Source: a virus
Lineage: Duplodnaviria; Caudoviricetes
Length of the DNA stretch: 30,531 nt
IMG/VR virus record: IMGVR_UViG_3300030376_001117
Location: 1-30,531 of that record
Strand: one strand, 5' to 3'
In this document: one piece after another, positions 17,573 through 25,099 of the stretch
How positions within the stretch are numbered: the stretch's first letter is position 1
Layout of the letters: each line of letters begins with the position of its first letter
Program-made: the position numbers and the translations under genes
Notes under the pieces: model-generated
Seen by the model: the letters and a program-made list of their open reading frames with translations, nothing else
Told to the model about the DNA's origin: nothing
The model's database searches: none

Positions 17573-17728
17573 TTATTGTATATTGAATATTAAATCTCTT
17601 ATATATTGAGCTCTATCAAGTAGTTTAGTTTCTGTTTCTTTAGGTAATCGTCTTACAAGAATATTAGCACTTAATGTACTTTCTATATCTCTAAGCTCTT
17701 TGCGTAAGTCTGTTAATTGTGTTCTCAT
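17573..17728 (-). CDS. Small hypothetical protein (51 aa)
   Basis: MRTQLTDLRKELRDIESTLSANILVRRLPKETETKLLDRAQYIRDLIFNIQ; A-rich leader. Confidence 0.7.
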   Translation of the reverse strand: MRTQLTDLRKELRDIESTLSANILVRRLPKETETKLLDRAQYIRDLIFNIQ

Positions 17729-17755
17729 TTGTTTTTGTTTAATTGTTTTAATAAC

Positions 17756-17781
17756 AAAAAAACCACCTTAAAAAAGTGGTT
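17756..17781 (-). terminator. Rho-independent terminator (probably leaky)
   Basis: AACCACTT-TTTTA-AGGTGGTT followed by a T run. Confidence 0.7.
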
Positions 17782-17788
17782 AATTATG

Positions 17789-17950
17789 TTATTTATATAT
17801 TTCATTTTGTATATCTTCATAACTAATAAAGTTAGATTTTATATTCTTACAAATATCAATAATATATTGAGTAGCTTCATCTTTTGTGATACCTTCACGA
17901 TTAACAAGGTTATCTATCCAGGCATTTTGAGTATAAGTTAAATAATTCAT
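17789..17950 (-). CDS. Small early protein (53 aa)
   Basis: MNYLTYTQNAWIDNLVNREGITKDEATQYIIDICKNIKSNFISYEDIQNEIYK; between a consensus promoter and a terminator. Confidence 0.7.
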   Translation of the reverse strand: MNYLTYTQNAWIDNLVNREGITKDEATQYIIDICKNIKSNFISYEDIQNEIYK

Positions 17951-17975
17951 TTTGTTTTTGTTTTAAAGTTATATA

Positions 17976-18007
17976 CAAATATATATAAAATAATTGTTAT
18001 AAACAAA
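17976..18007 (-). promoter_or_regulatory. Bacteroidetes primary-sigma promoter (early)
   Basis: TTTG-N20-TATATTTG matches the -33/-7 consensus TTTG/TAnnTTTG. Confidence 0.8.
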
Positions 18008-18029
18008 TTATAAACAAACTTTTTTTACT

Positions 18030-18443
18030 TTACTTCTTAAAATCGTTTAAATTTATTATAGATGCGTGGCTTTCATCTATTAAATAACAAGGCTTAAGAA
18101 GTTTCTTTTTAGTCCATAGTGTAGTGTCTGGACAATACATATCTTGTGGCTCTAAGTCTTTGAGGTTGTTTAACCAAAACATATAATTACCTTTAGGGTC
18201 ATTCACAAAGTATAATGCTATCTTACCAGTTTCTATTAGCTTGTCGTACTTATAAACCTCTAGTAGTTTTTCTTTGTAGTATTTGTTTCTAAACTTCATT
18301 TCAATTACTACCTCAATTCCTTTTGGAGATGTACCTATTGCATCAAAATGCTCAAAACTATCTCCTGTGTGTGTTAAATCCCAGCCATCTAAGTTTAGTA
18401 ACATTATAACAGCCTTTTCCCACTTGTGTATGTTTTTAATCAT
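18030..18443 (-). CDS. PD-(D/E)XK-like nuclease
   Basis: E...FDAIG...VIEMKFR catalytic pattern. Confidence 0.55.
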   Translation of the reverse strand: MIKNIHKWEKAVIMLLNLDGWDLTHTGDSFEHFDAIGTSPKGIEVVIEMKFRNKYYKEKLLEVYKYDKLIETGKIALYFVNDPKGNYMFWLNNLKDLEPQDMYCPDTTLWTKKKLLKPCYLIDESHASIINLNDFKK

Positions 18444-18627
18444 ATATCTTATCTATGTCTGCTATCCATTGTACAAGTCGAGCTGGATTGCAAGAACAAG
18501 GCTCGTTATATTTATGATTATAATATTTAGAATGTAATTCACACAAAAGCTTATATTGATCTTGTGTTAGCTTATGTTTTACATCTGCTTTAAATTGCTT
18601 CCACTTATCTTTATCTATTTGTTCCAT
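18436..18627 (-). CDS. Small hypothetical protein with PCSC motif (63 aa)
   Basis: ORF track; overlapping gene chain. Confidence 0.65.
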   Translation of the reverse strand: MEQIDKDKWKQFKADVKHKLTQDQYKLLCELHSKYYNHKYNEPCSCNPARLVQWIADIDKIYD

Positions 18628-18758
18628 AAGTCTAAATCAATATCGTTCCACTCTTGCCTACGTTTATCACACCCACAATCTTCTCCCCAAATCTTTTTGA
18701 CTATGTAGCGTATGCCTGTGTAATATGTTATGTAATATACTATATCTCCTAATCTCAT
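18615..18758 (-). CDS. Small protein with DCGC motif (47 aa)
   Basis: MRLGDIVYYITYYTGIRYIVKKIWGEDCGCDKRRQEWNDIDLDLWNK; ATGA-coupled to the sigma gene. Confidence 0.7.
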   Translation of the reverse strand: MRLGDIVYYITYYTGIRYIVKKIWGEDCGCDKRRQEWNDIDLDLWNK

Positions 18759-19249
18759 AATTGGTCTTTTATGTGTTTTAATGCGTTCCTATATGTATTA
18801 TATAAACTATAATAACTTATATTAGTTTCTCTGCTTAGTGATGCTACACTTTGACCAGATGCTACTAAAGTAAATACCTTTTGGTCATACCAACGCATAT
18901 TGTTTAGTATTGTATCTATTGCTTCTTTGTTTTTTGCATACTCTGCCTCATCAATGCCTAAAACATTTATTTGTTTTAATTCTGCATCTATGTCCTCTAT
19001 GTATGTTTTTATCATTCGTGCCTCTTTCTTGTGGGTGTTGAGGTATATTCCTCGTAAAACTTTATATACATAATAAGTGTTAATGTCGTTATTGTACCAT
19101 AGGTCTAACCCTTTTTGAACATCACATATGAGCTGAATGTACATTTCTTGTACAATATCCTCAGCATAGCTAGGTTTACAACCAAAACTTTTAACAATGT
19201 TTATCCAAATTTTATGCTTATCGTAAGCAAGTTCTACTAATGATTTCAT
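18755..19249 (-). CDS. ECF-type RNA polymerase sigma factor-like protein
   Basis: Region 2-like AEDIVQEMYI and region 4-like HTH SGQSVASLSRETNISYYSLYNT; 164 aa. Confidence 0.75.
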   Translation of the reverse strand: MKSLVELAYDKHKIWINIVKSFGCKPSYAEDIVQEMYIQLICDVQKGLDLWYNNDINTYYVYKVLRGIYLNTHKKEARMIKTYIEDIDAELKQINVLGIDEAEYAKNKEAIDTILNNMRWYDQKVFTLVASGQSVASLSRETNISYYSLYNTYRNALKHIKDQL

Positions 19250-20100
19250 AGTTTTTTAGGTACAAAGTGTTTTAAGGGGTCGTATATATCTCCTATTATT
19301 TGAGGGTTTCCAAATTCGTTTATAGTAAAGCTGAATGTTTCAAAAGAATACCCCCTTGACCTTTTACACTTAACTGTAATGTTATCTTTGTGTACTGAAT
19401 TTAGTTCTAATTGTATTTGTGTTTCTGTCTTTTTTTCTAAAAAGCTCCCTAAATGCCCTGTTGGCTTTTCACTTCCATAGTTAGAATGTATTACAGTCAT
19501 TATATGACAGTTAAATTTAGCACTCCACTCCATAACTTTTTGCACACATAAATTACTTTCTTCTAAATTATTAACGTCAGAAACAAGGTCAGCTATACCA
19601 TCTATAATAATTAAACCATTTTTATCTTCGTTCTCTTTAAGTATGTGTTCTATGAATTGTATTCTTGTTTTGTAGTTTATTGTTCTAAGTGCATAGGTTT
19701 GATAGCACCCCACCTCTTGCACCCCAGCCATATCTATTACACGCTTAAAAACTCTTTGACTATGCCAATGCCCTTGCTCTGTATCAAAATGTACTAGGCA
19801 CTTTTTATCTCTATGTCCTCTTAAATTACCACCAAAGTTATTACCACCACTTAAATAGACAGATGCTAAAAGAGAAACAAAAAAACTTTTCTTGTTTTTA
19901 GGAGGTGCTTGTACAAAACTAAAATTCCCATAAGTTCCTATGGGTATTGGAAAAGTTAAATCTCCTTTGACTGTTTGTATTGTTTTTTCTCCGTAACTCA
20001 ATGCAGTAGGAGGGTATTCCATAACTTGAGTAGTGTCAATAGTACACTCCTCTTTTATAAGTTCCATTAGCATTTTATGAGTTGTTTCTTCTTCTGTCAT
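19246..20100 (-). CDS. RecA-fold AAA ATPase, putative replicative helicase (AAA_25-like)
   Basis: Variant P-loop APPKNKKS, HFDTEQ, IIIDGIADL, VIH.N, GHLGS motifs. Confidence 0.7.
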   Translation of the reverse strand: MTEEETTHKMLMELIKEECTIDTTQVMEYPPTALSYGEKTIQTVKGDLTFPIPIGTYGNFSFVQAPPKNKKSFFVSLLASVYLSGGNNFGGNLRGHRDKKCLVHFDTEQGHWHSQRVFKRVIDMAGVQEVGCYQTYALRTINYKTRIQFIEHILKENEDKNGLIIIDGIADLVSDVNNLEESNLCVQKVMEWSAKFNCHIMTVIHSNYGSEKPTGHLGSFLEKKTETQIQLELNSVHKDNITVKCKRSRGYSFETFSFTINEFGNPQIIGDIYDPLKHFVPKKL

Positions 20101-20132
20101 TGTAGGTTTTGCTTTGTTTTTGTTAAAGGTAT

Positions 20133-20158
20133 AAAAAAAAGGGGGTAAAAAACCCCCT
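20133..20158 (-). terminator. Rho-independent terminator
   Basis: AGGGGGT-TTTTT-ACCCCCT followed by a T run. Confidence 0.8.
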
Positions 20159-20173
20159 CTTGTAAATTAAAAA

Positions 20174-20476
20174 TTAAAATGGTAGATCAGCTACCTCTTT
20201 TTTCTGTGGCACTTTCTGTACCTCATCTTCTCTTTCAGCTAGGACTATGTTATTATCTGTCCATACTACTTTACCATTAGCAACATACTGACGTTGTTTC
20301 TTAGCCTCTCTTTCTTCTTTTGTTTGATTTACATATACGCTTGTGTTGTTTCCGTATCTTGTTTCATCGTTTACTGCCATTGTTAGGTTTACATAAACGC
20401 TTCCGTTTTTACCAGCTACAAATTTTTCTTTAGGTAGCTTACTAACATCTAAGTTAAAATTAATTATTGCACTCAT
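20174..20476 (-). CDS. Putative single-stranded DNA-binding protein
   Basis: 100 aa beta-rich with an SSB-like C-terminal DLPF tail. Confidence 0.6.
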   Translation of the reverse strand: MSAIINFNLDVSKLPKEKFVAGKNGSVYVNLTMAVNDETRYGNNTSVYVNQTKEEREAKKQRQYVANGKVVWTDNNIVLAEREDEVQKVPQKKEVADLPF

Positions 20477-20482
20477 ATTTAT

Positions 20483-20893
20483 TTATTTAAGGGTTTTATA
20501 TTCTGTTTTAGGTTTTTTAAATGATTCGGATTCATCTTCTCCAAAGACTCCTAATTCATAGAATCCTGTGAGTTTTAATACAGCTCTACTCATAGCTCGT
20601 TTCTCTGCCATCTCAGCAACGTACCAACTATTAGTATTACCATCTTTATAGTTTTCTCCTTTTAATGCACTACCAAAGGTTTCTATGCTTTTACCTCCTT
20701 TACTTGCTAATGCTTTAAATACAGCAAAGTTAGGCTCACACTTAATTACCTCATAGTTTACTTTCATTTGTTCTAAGGCTTGTATCTTATCTATACCTTG
20801 CCTTGTAATTATTGTATAGTGTTGGTGCTTAAAAAAGTCTGATTTGTCTAACTTATACTTGTTGTATAGTTCTTTTAGTTTTTCTTTGTTCAT
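20483..20893 (-). CDS. Putative single-strand annealing/recombination protein
   Basis: EMAEKRAMSRAVLKL..VFGEDE motif, next to the SSB-like gene. Confidence 0.45.
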   Translation of the reverse strand: MNKEKLKELYNKYKLDKSDFFKHQHYTIITRQGIDKIQALEQMKVNYEVIKCEPNFAVFKALASKGGKSIETFGSALKGENYKDGNTNSWYVAEMAEKRAMSRAVLKLTGFYELGVFGEDESESFKKPKTEYKTLK

Positions 20894-21030
20894 TGTTGTT
20901 TGTTTAAAATTTCTACTTCTATTATTGCTTCTAAATATTCTATTCTTTTTGTCATAGCCTCTATTCTAGCATTTAAATAATCTACTGTATCATCAGTAGA
21001 TACTCTTATTATATCTTCTGAATGTGTCAT
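20890..21030 (-). CDS. Small coiled-coil protein (46 aa)
   Basis: MTHSEDIIRVSTDDTVDYLNARIEAMTKRIEYLEAIIEVEILNKQQ; ATGA coupling. Confidence 0.7.
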   Translation of the reverse strand: MTHSEDIIRVSTDDTVDYLNARIEAMTKRIEYLEAIIEVEILNKQQ

Positions 21031-21031
21031 A

Positions 21032-21247
21032 TTATAAATCTTTAAAATAAACAAAAGGATTTATATTGCCAAATAAAAACTGCAAATTTAAAACACTAGA
21101 ATATTTCAAGTCTGCTACATAACATTCTTGTTCTAATGCTTCTACAATCATACTTACTAATTCTGGCTCTGATATATTCTTAATTTGAAGAGCATCTTTG
21201 TAGTGTGGTTTTAGTCTATCATATAGACTTATCATTTTATAATTCAT
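21032..21247 (-). CDS. Early hypothetical protein (71 aa; start revised to MNYKMISLYDRLKP)
   Basis: ATG at 21247 lies downstream of the promoter at 21263-21293; the longer ORF-track start is inside a terminator. Confidence 0.7.
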   Translation of the reverse strand: MNYKMISLYDRLKPHYKDALQIKNISEPELVSMIVEALEQECYVADLKYSSVLNLQFLFGNINPFVYFKDL

Positions 21248-21262
21248 TGTATTTGTTTTAAC

Positions 21263-21293
21263 CAAAGCTACAAATAAATATTTAATAAACAAA
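21263..21293 (-). promoter_or_regulatory. Bacteroidetes primary-sigma promoter (early)
   Basis: TTTG-N19-TAGCTTTG. Confidence 0.8.
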
Positions 21294-21301
21294 ATATAAA
21301 C

Positions 21302-21327
21302 AAAAAAAACCACCAATTAAGGTGGCT
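21302..21327 (-). terminator. Rho-independent terminator
   Basis: AGCCACC-TTAATT-GGTGGTT followed by a T run. Confidence 0.8.
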
Positions 21328-21378
21328 CTTTCTATAGCTGGTTAGCTATTAAACAAAAACAAAGACAATTTATTATCT
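21302..21378 (-). ncRNA. Candidate ~75-nt small RNA
   Basis: TATATTTG -7 box at 21383-21390, no ORF, U-rich tract, ATAGCT-AACC-AGCTAT hairpin, then terminator; 5' end approximate. Confidence 0.4.
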
Positions 21379-21402
21379 TATACAAATATACTAAATACTT
21401 AT

Positions 21403-21807
21403 TTAATTAGGTAGTTTTTCTACTAAAGATTTATACTTATCTATTAGTTCTATTAATTCAAAATCTGCTTGTTTGATCGTCTGTCTAGATTTTTGTAGTA
21501 ACTCGTCTGCCTTATCATACCCAAACTCTTTATTGAGATTTTGTGCAAACACATACTGCTGACCATATCTCATACAATTACATCCGTAACATTGTGGTCT
21601 GCAATTATCTTCTTCCCATCTTAATATTCTAGAAGCTCTACTAATAAAGTGTCCGTTCTGCATACCTTGACCTTTCCAATATGCTTTTTTATTACAAGTA
21701 TAACATTTAACAATACCATCTTTATCAGCATATTTTCTTCTTATATACTCACTAAACACACTATCAAGTTTTTTAATAAGATTTTTTCTAGATGGTTTTT
21801 TTTGCAT
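21403..21807 (-). CDS. NinG/Rap-like recombination endonuclease
   Basis: LDSVFSEYIRR, CYTC, GHFISR, NCRPQCYGCN motifs. Confidence 0.8.
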   Translation of the reverse strand: MQKKPSRKNLIKKLDSVFSEYIRRKYADKDGIVKCYTCNKKAYWKGQGMQNGHFISRASRILRWEEDNCRPQCYGCNCMRYGQQYVFAQNLNKEFGYDKADELLQKSRQTIKQADFELIELIDKYKSLVEKLPN

Positions 21808-21832
21808 TTGAATAGATTTCAGATATCTTATA

Positions 21833-21894
21833 TTTATTTATAACTTTTTTTAGATTTTTATTTATACCAATATCTATCTATTTATTTATACCAA
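21833..21894. repeat. Three TTTATTTATA(A/C)C repeats with a 24-bp period in an AT-rich gap
   Basis: Copies start at 21833, 21857 and 21881; the last two are identical 14-mers TTTATTTATACCAA. Confidence 0.6.
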
Positions 21895-21952
21895 GATATA
21901 TATTTAATAATAAATGGTGTAAAGTTATATATTATATTTTAAATAAAAAAAA

Positions 21953-22411
21953 TTATTTTTTAGATATAGACTTAAACTTCTCAGCACCACGAGAGCCAAA
22001 GTAAGCTACATATACTGTTATAAGAAGTGATTTAAGTAAGTCCACCCAAGCAGCATCAATAGAAAAATCTATTTCAAAACCATCTAATAATATAAATATT
22101 ACTAAAGAACAGGTAAGAAATATAAGTGTCAAGGGTCTTGTGTTTTTTGATAAGTATGAATCTGACTGCATATCTGATTCCCACCTTTTAGTTACTTCTT
22201 GCATCTCTACCATATCTTGTTCTAAGAGTTTTAATGCTTTTTCCTTATCTTCTGGTGGCAATATAACATCTGGCTCTTTTTGTATTAGTCCTTTGACAAC
22301 ACCTAATACACCAGCATCTGGTAGAACATCACCAACTAAACCTACAATACTTGGTACTTTCTCTGCGAGGAATTTTCCTACCTTAGTATCTTTAAATTTT
22401 TTCTTTGGCAT
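21953..22411 (-). CDS. Putative holin
   Basis: RWESDM.SDSYLSKNTRPL followed by two TM helices and AYFGSRGAEK; next to the endolysin candidate. Confidence 0.7.
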   Translation of the reverse strand: MPKKKFKDTKVGKFLAEKVPSIVGLVGDVLPDAGVLGVVKGLIQKEPDVILPPEDKEKALKLLEQDMVEMQEVTKRWESDMQSDSYLSKNTRPLTLIFLTCSLVIFILLDGFEIDFSIDAAWVDLLKSLLITVYVAYFGSRGAEKFKSISKK

Positions 22412-22412
22412 A

Positions 22413-23042
22413 TTATATATTTTTTGAATTGATCAAAGTATAAGTAAAAGAATTACCATAATAACCCCTAGCTTTTCTCATAATCTTCATAAACTCACTC
22501 CAGTCATTATTAGAAGCTATGACTTGACAACCAGCACTCCATTTGTCTATCTGTGATGAGGTCTTACCAGCGTATTTAGTAGCTCTGTGTATGTTTATAC
22601 CAAATAACCCCTCTTGTGTATTGTTTTCGTCTAAGTCATATTTATTGTCCTTGTTGCCATCTCTGTAAACTATAACATCTTTTTGTTGACACAAAGCCTC
22701 GTATTGACCTCTATGTTTTCTTATTTTATGTGAGCCTATATATTGGCCCTCTTTTAAATATGCAACACCCTCTTTTCTCATTATGTTTTCTACCCAGTAT
22801 TTACCAGCATCAGTTGTACAAGCATATCTGTGAAATTGCCATTGATTGTTTTCGTCAATATAGCTTACAGTCATACAATCATCAAACTTGTTTGTAACTG
22901 TAATACCAGTTTCACTATTTCTAACACCTATAATATTTACATTATACAAACCTTTTTTAAAATACTTATAGCCTAATCTTTCAACAGCTTTTTGTATATC
23001 TTCTCTTGTATAACAAACTAAGTTTTTTTGACAGCAACTCAT
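22413..23042 (-). CDS. Putative endolysin, L,D-transpeptidase (YkuD)-like
   Basis: GINIH...WSAGCQV His/Cys motif; next to the holin candidate. Confidence 0.6.
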   Translation of the reverse strand: MSCCQKNLVCYTREDIQKAVERLGYKYFKKGLYNVNIIGVRNSETGITVTNKFDDCMTVSYIDENNQWQFHRYACTTDAGKYWVENIMRKEGVAYLKEGQYIGSHKIRKHRGQYEALCQQKDVIVYRDGNKDNKYDLDENNTQEGLFGINIHRATKYAGKTSSQIDKWSAGCQVIASNNDWSEFMKIMRKARGYYGNSFTYTLINSKNI

Positions 23043-24103
23043 AATCTAATATTTACACCTACTTTAATTGTTTTTAATTCTCTATCCCACCAACGCTGGT
23101 TAGTTAGCTCGGCAAACAACCCAAAAGTTTTTGTTATTCTTAATCCAAAGCTACCACCTAAACTGTAATCTATCCAGTCATCATTACCTACAAAAGTACC
23201 ATAAGCGTATCTTTTATCTCCCTCAACTAATTTATGTTTAGGTAATACATTTCCGTATATGTGCATCCAGAAAGACTTTCTATAATGGTAAAAATCTAAA
23301 CCAACAACAGCAGATACATCTGCAAAACCACCTATAAGAGCCAACTGTTCTCTATTGTATCTGTTTACTAAATTACCATATATACTATTTCTGTAATCTA
23401 GGTCGGAATAAGATATTAAGTTGTCGTTTTGGTCATACCAAAAATACTCAAAGCCTGTTTGTCCATCTGAAAGCTCCCAGTTGTAAGGAATATCGTAGTG
23501 TCCGTAATCATAACTTAAATACCACCAGTTATTATTTTCTAAATATTTTTGTATTGGATTATGCCCATAAGCCTTTTCATAAGTTCTATACACACCACCT
23601 AAGCTAATAGATAGCTTTTTAGATATAGGTAGTCTTAGTCTTACATCTGCACTTTTATAGTTTAGGTCTATAAGTTGGTTTTGGTTTACTTCTCCTTTAG
23701 CTATCCACCACTTCGCTAAGTACCTTATAAAGTACTGTTTGTTCTCAAACTCTCTACCTTGTTGTATTCCTTTTTGATATTCAAATAAATACTCTAGTCC
23801 TTTAACGTTTCCTATGTTAGAGTTTATAGAATTGTTTTGTTCTGAGCCATCATAAAATCTTTCTTTATCCTCATAGCCAAAAAAAGCTAGTTTTCTAAAC
23901 CCTATTGTCCTTATTTCATCTGCTGGGTTTCTGCGTGTGGTTTCTATTAAATCACTGCTTTGTGTTACGTAAAATGTTTTTTGTGGTTGTATAGAGTTTG
24001 TTTGTGTGTATGCAGCATATAAAGTTGAATACTTAAATACTTTTTTTAGTATTTGTGCATTAACATTAATTGCAAAAAATAAAGCTATAAATATAAATCT
24101 CAT
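23039..24103 (-). CDS. Putative outer-membrane beta-barrel protein with signal peptide
   Basis: MRFIFIALFFAINVNA-Q signal peptide; aromatic alternating strands; C-terminal IKVGVNIRL. Confidence 0.55.
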   Translation of the reverse strand: MRFIFIALFFAINVNAQILKKVFKYSTLYAAYTQTNSIQPQKTFYVTQSSDLIETTRRNPADEIRTIGFRKLAFFGYEDKERFYDGSEQNNSINSNIGNVKGLEYLFEYQKGIQQGREFENKQYFIRYLAKWWIAKGEVNQNQLIDLNYKSADVRLRLPISKKLSISLGGVYRTYEKAYGHNPIQKYLENNNWWYLSYDYGHYDIPYNWELSDGQTGFEYFWYDQNDNLISYSDLDYRNSIYGNLVNRYNREQLALIGGFADVSAVVGLDFYHYRKSFWMHIYGNVLPKHKLVEGDKRYAYGTFVGNDDWIDYSLGGSFGLRITKTFGLFAELTNQRWWDRELKTIKVGVNIRL

Positions 24104-24432
24104 TAGAATTGGTTGTTTAGTATGTTGTCTATTTCTTCTTTTATTATGTCGTTTGTGTCCTCTGGTAATTTTAAATTAATACCAGCCTCTATTTTCTTTA
24201 CAAGCTCCCCATCATTATAAATACAAATAGTAGGTATATAAACTATTTTATTTTTGTCAAATATCTTTGAGTGTTTACTCATATAGAATAAATGAGTATT
24301 ATAACTCTTATACGCTTTTAGTGATATTTCACTACTTTTTGTGAACTCAGCACTAAACTGAACTATTGATATACCATCTTTATAATCTTGAGCTTGTAAG
24401 GTTAAACAAAATAAAAAAAATAAATATCTCAT
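24103..24432 (-). CDS. Secreted thioredoxin-fold-like protein lacking CxxC
   Basis: Signal peptide MRYLFFLFCLTLQA-Q; IVQFSAEF and IVYIPTICIYNDGELVKKIE resemble thioredoxin elements. Confidence 0.55.
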   Translation of the reverse strand: MRYLFFLFCLTLQAQDYKDGISIVQFSAEFTKSSEISLKAYKSYNTHLFYMSKHSKIFDKNKIVYIPTICIYNDGELVKKIEAGINLKLPEDTNDIIKEEIDNILNNQF

Positions 24433-24713
24433 TTTTCTTTAGTTATCTCATACAATCTAGTTTCTAACAACTTAAGTGTTTCTTTCATTTCTTTTACATC
24501 TTCCTGAGTTGTCATAATAGTTTTGCGTATTAATTCATCTTTATATCTAAACTCTGTTGATGTTACTTCTGGCTGTGGTTCAGTCATAGCTAAAGCGATA
24601 TCTGATTTTAATGTAAAGTATATTGTAGCTAGACTAACTGTAAAAGAAATAATAATACCTATTGTCTTTAAATCTAAAGTAAGTTTAGTGTTTTCGCTTA
24701 ATTCTGTTGCCAT
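24429..24713 (-). CDS. Single-pass membrane protein with coiled coil (94 aa)
   Basis: TM IGIIISFTVSLATIYFTL; C-terminal heptads. Confidence 0.7.
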   Translation of the reverse strand: MATELSENTKLTLDLKTIGIIISFTVSLATIYFTLKSDIALAMTEPQPEVTSTEFRYKDELIRKTIMTTQEDVKEMKETLKLLETRLYEITKEK

Positions 24714-24811
24714 TACATTTTTAGTTTTTCTAAAAAGCTATTCCACTTTAAAATTAACCATATTTTAAACTCTTCTATTTTATTAGCTAAGTATCTTAAT
24801 CCTTTAATCAT
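24713..24811 (-). CDS. Small amphipathic peptide (32 aa)
   Basis: MIKGLRYLANKIEEFKIWLILKWNSFLEKLKM; TAATG coupling; fills the gap. Confidence 0.6.
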   Translation of the reverse strand: MIKGLRYLANKIEEFKIWLILKWNSFLEKLKM

Positions 24812-24814
24812 ATT

Positions 24815-25099
24815 TTATAATTTATTTGTTTGATAATCTATTCCGAAAAAACTATGTACACCATTACCATCTGTAACTGCAACAGCGTATGACTTCCAAC
24901 CATAAGGGTGATCTTCTATATCTTGCCACATAATATCAGCGTGATATTTATTGCTGAGTACTGCTTCTTGTTTATCGCTTCCCTCTTCTAGTACAATATT
25001 ACCTAATCTAACAATAGCTATATATTTAGCTGTTAAGTTTTCTACCTTAGTGTCAAATTGCTCTTTATCGTTAAACTCGTATTTTGCCCACTTTTCCAT
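24815..25099 (-). CDS. Putative fibre-associated/assembly protein (94 aa)
   Basis: TAATG-coupled to the fibre gene; YHADIMW..HSFFG. Confidence 0.5.
   Translation of the reverse strand: MEKWAKYEFNDKEQFDTKVENLTAKYIAIVRLGNIVLEEGSDKQEAVLSNKYHADIMWQDIEDHPYGWKSYAVAVTDGNGVHSFFGIDYQTNKL

Noticed and set aside
21248-21316. N-terminal extension of the 94-aa ORF in the track
   Set aside because: It runs through a terminator and a consensus promoter; the ATG at 21247 is preferred.
21925-21935. Plus-strand TTATATATTAT resembling the late promoter
   Set aside because: No YAAAA at the 14-nt spacing and no ATG follows.
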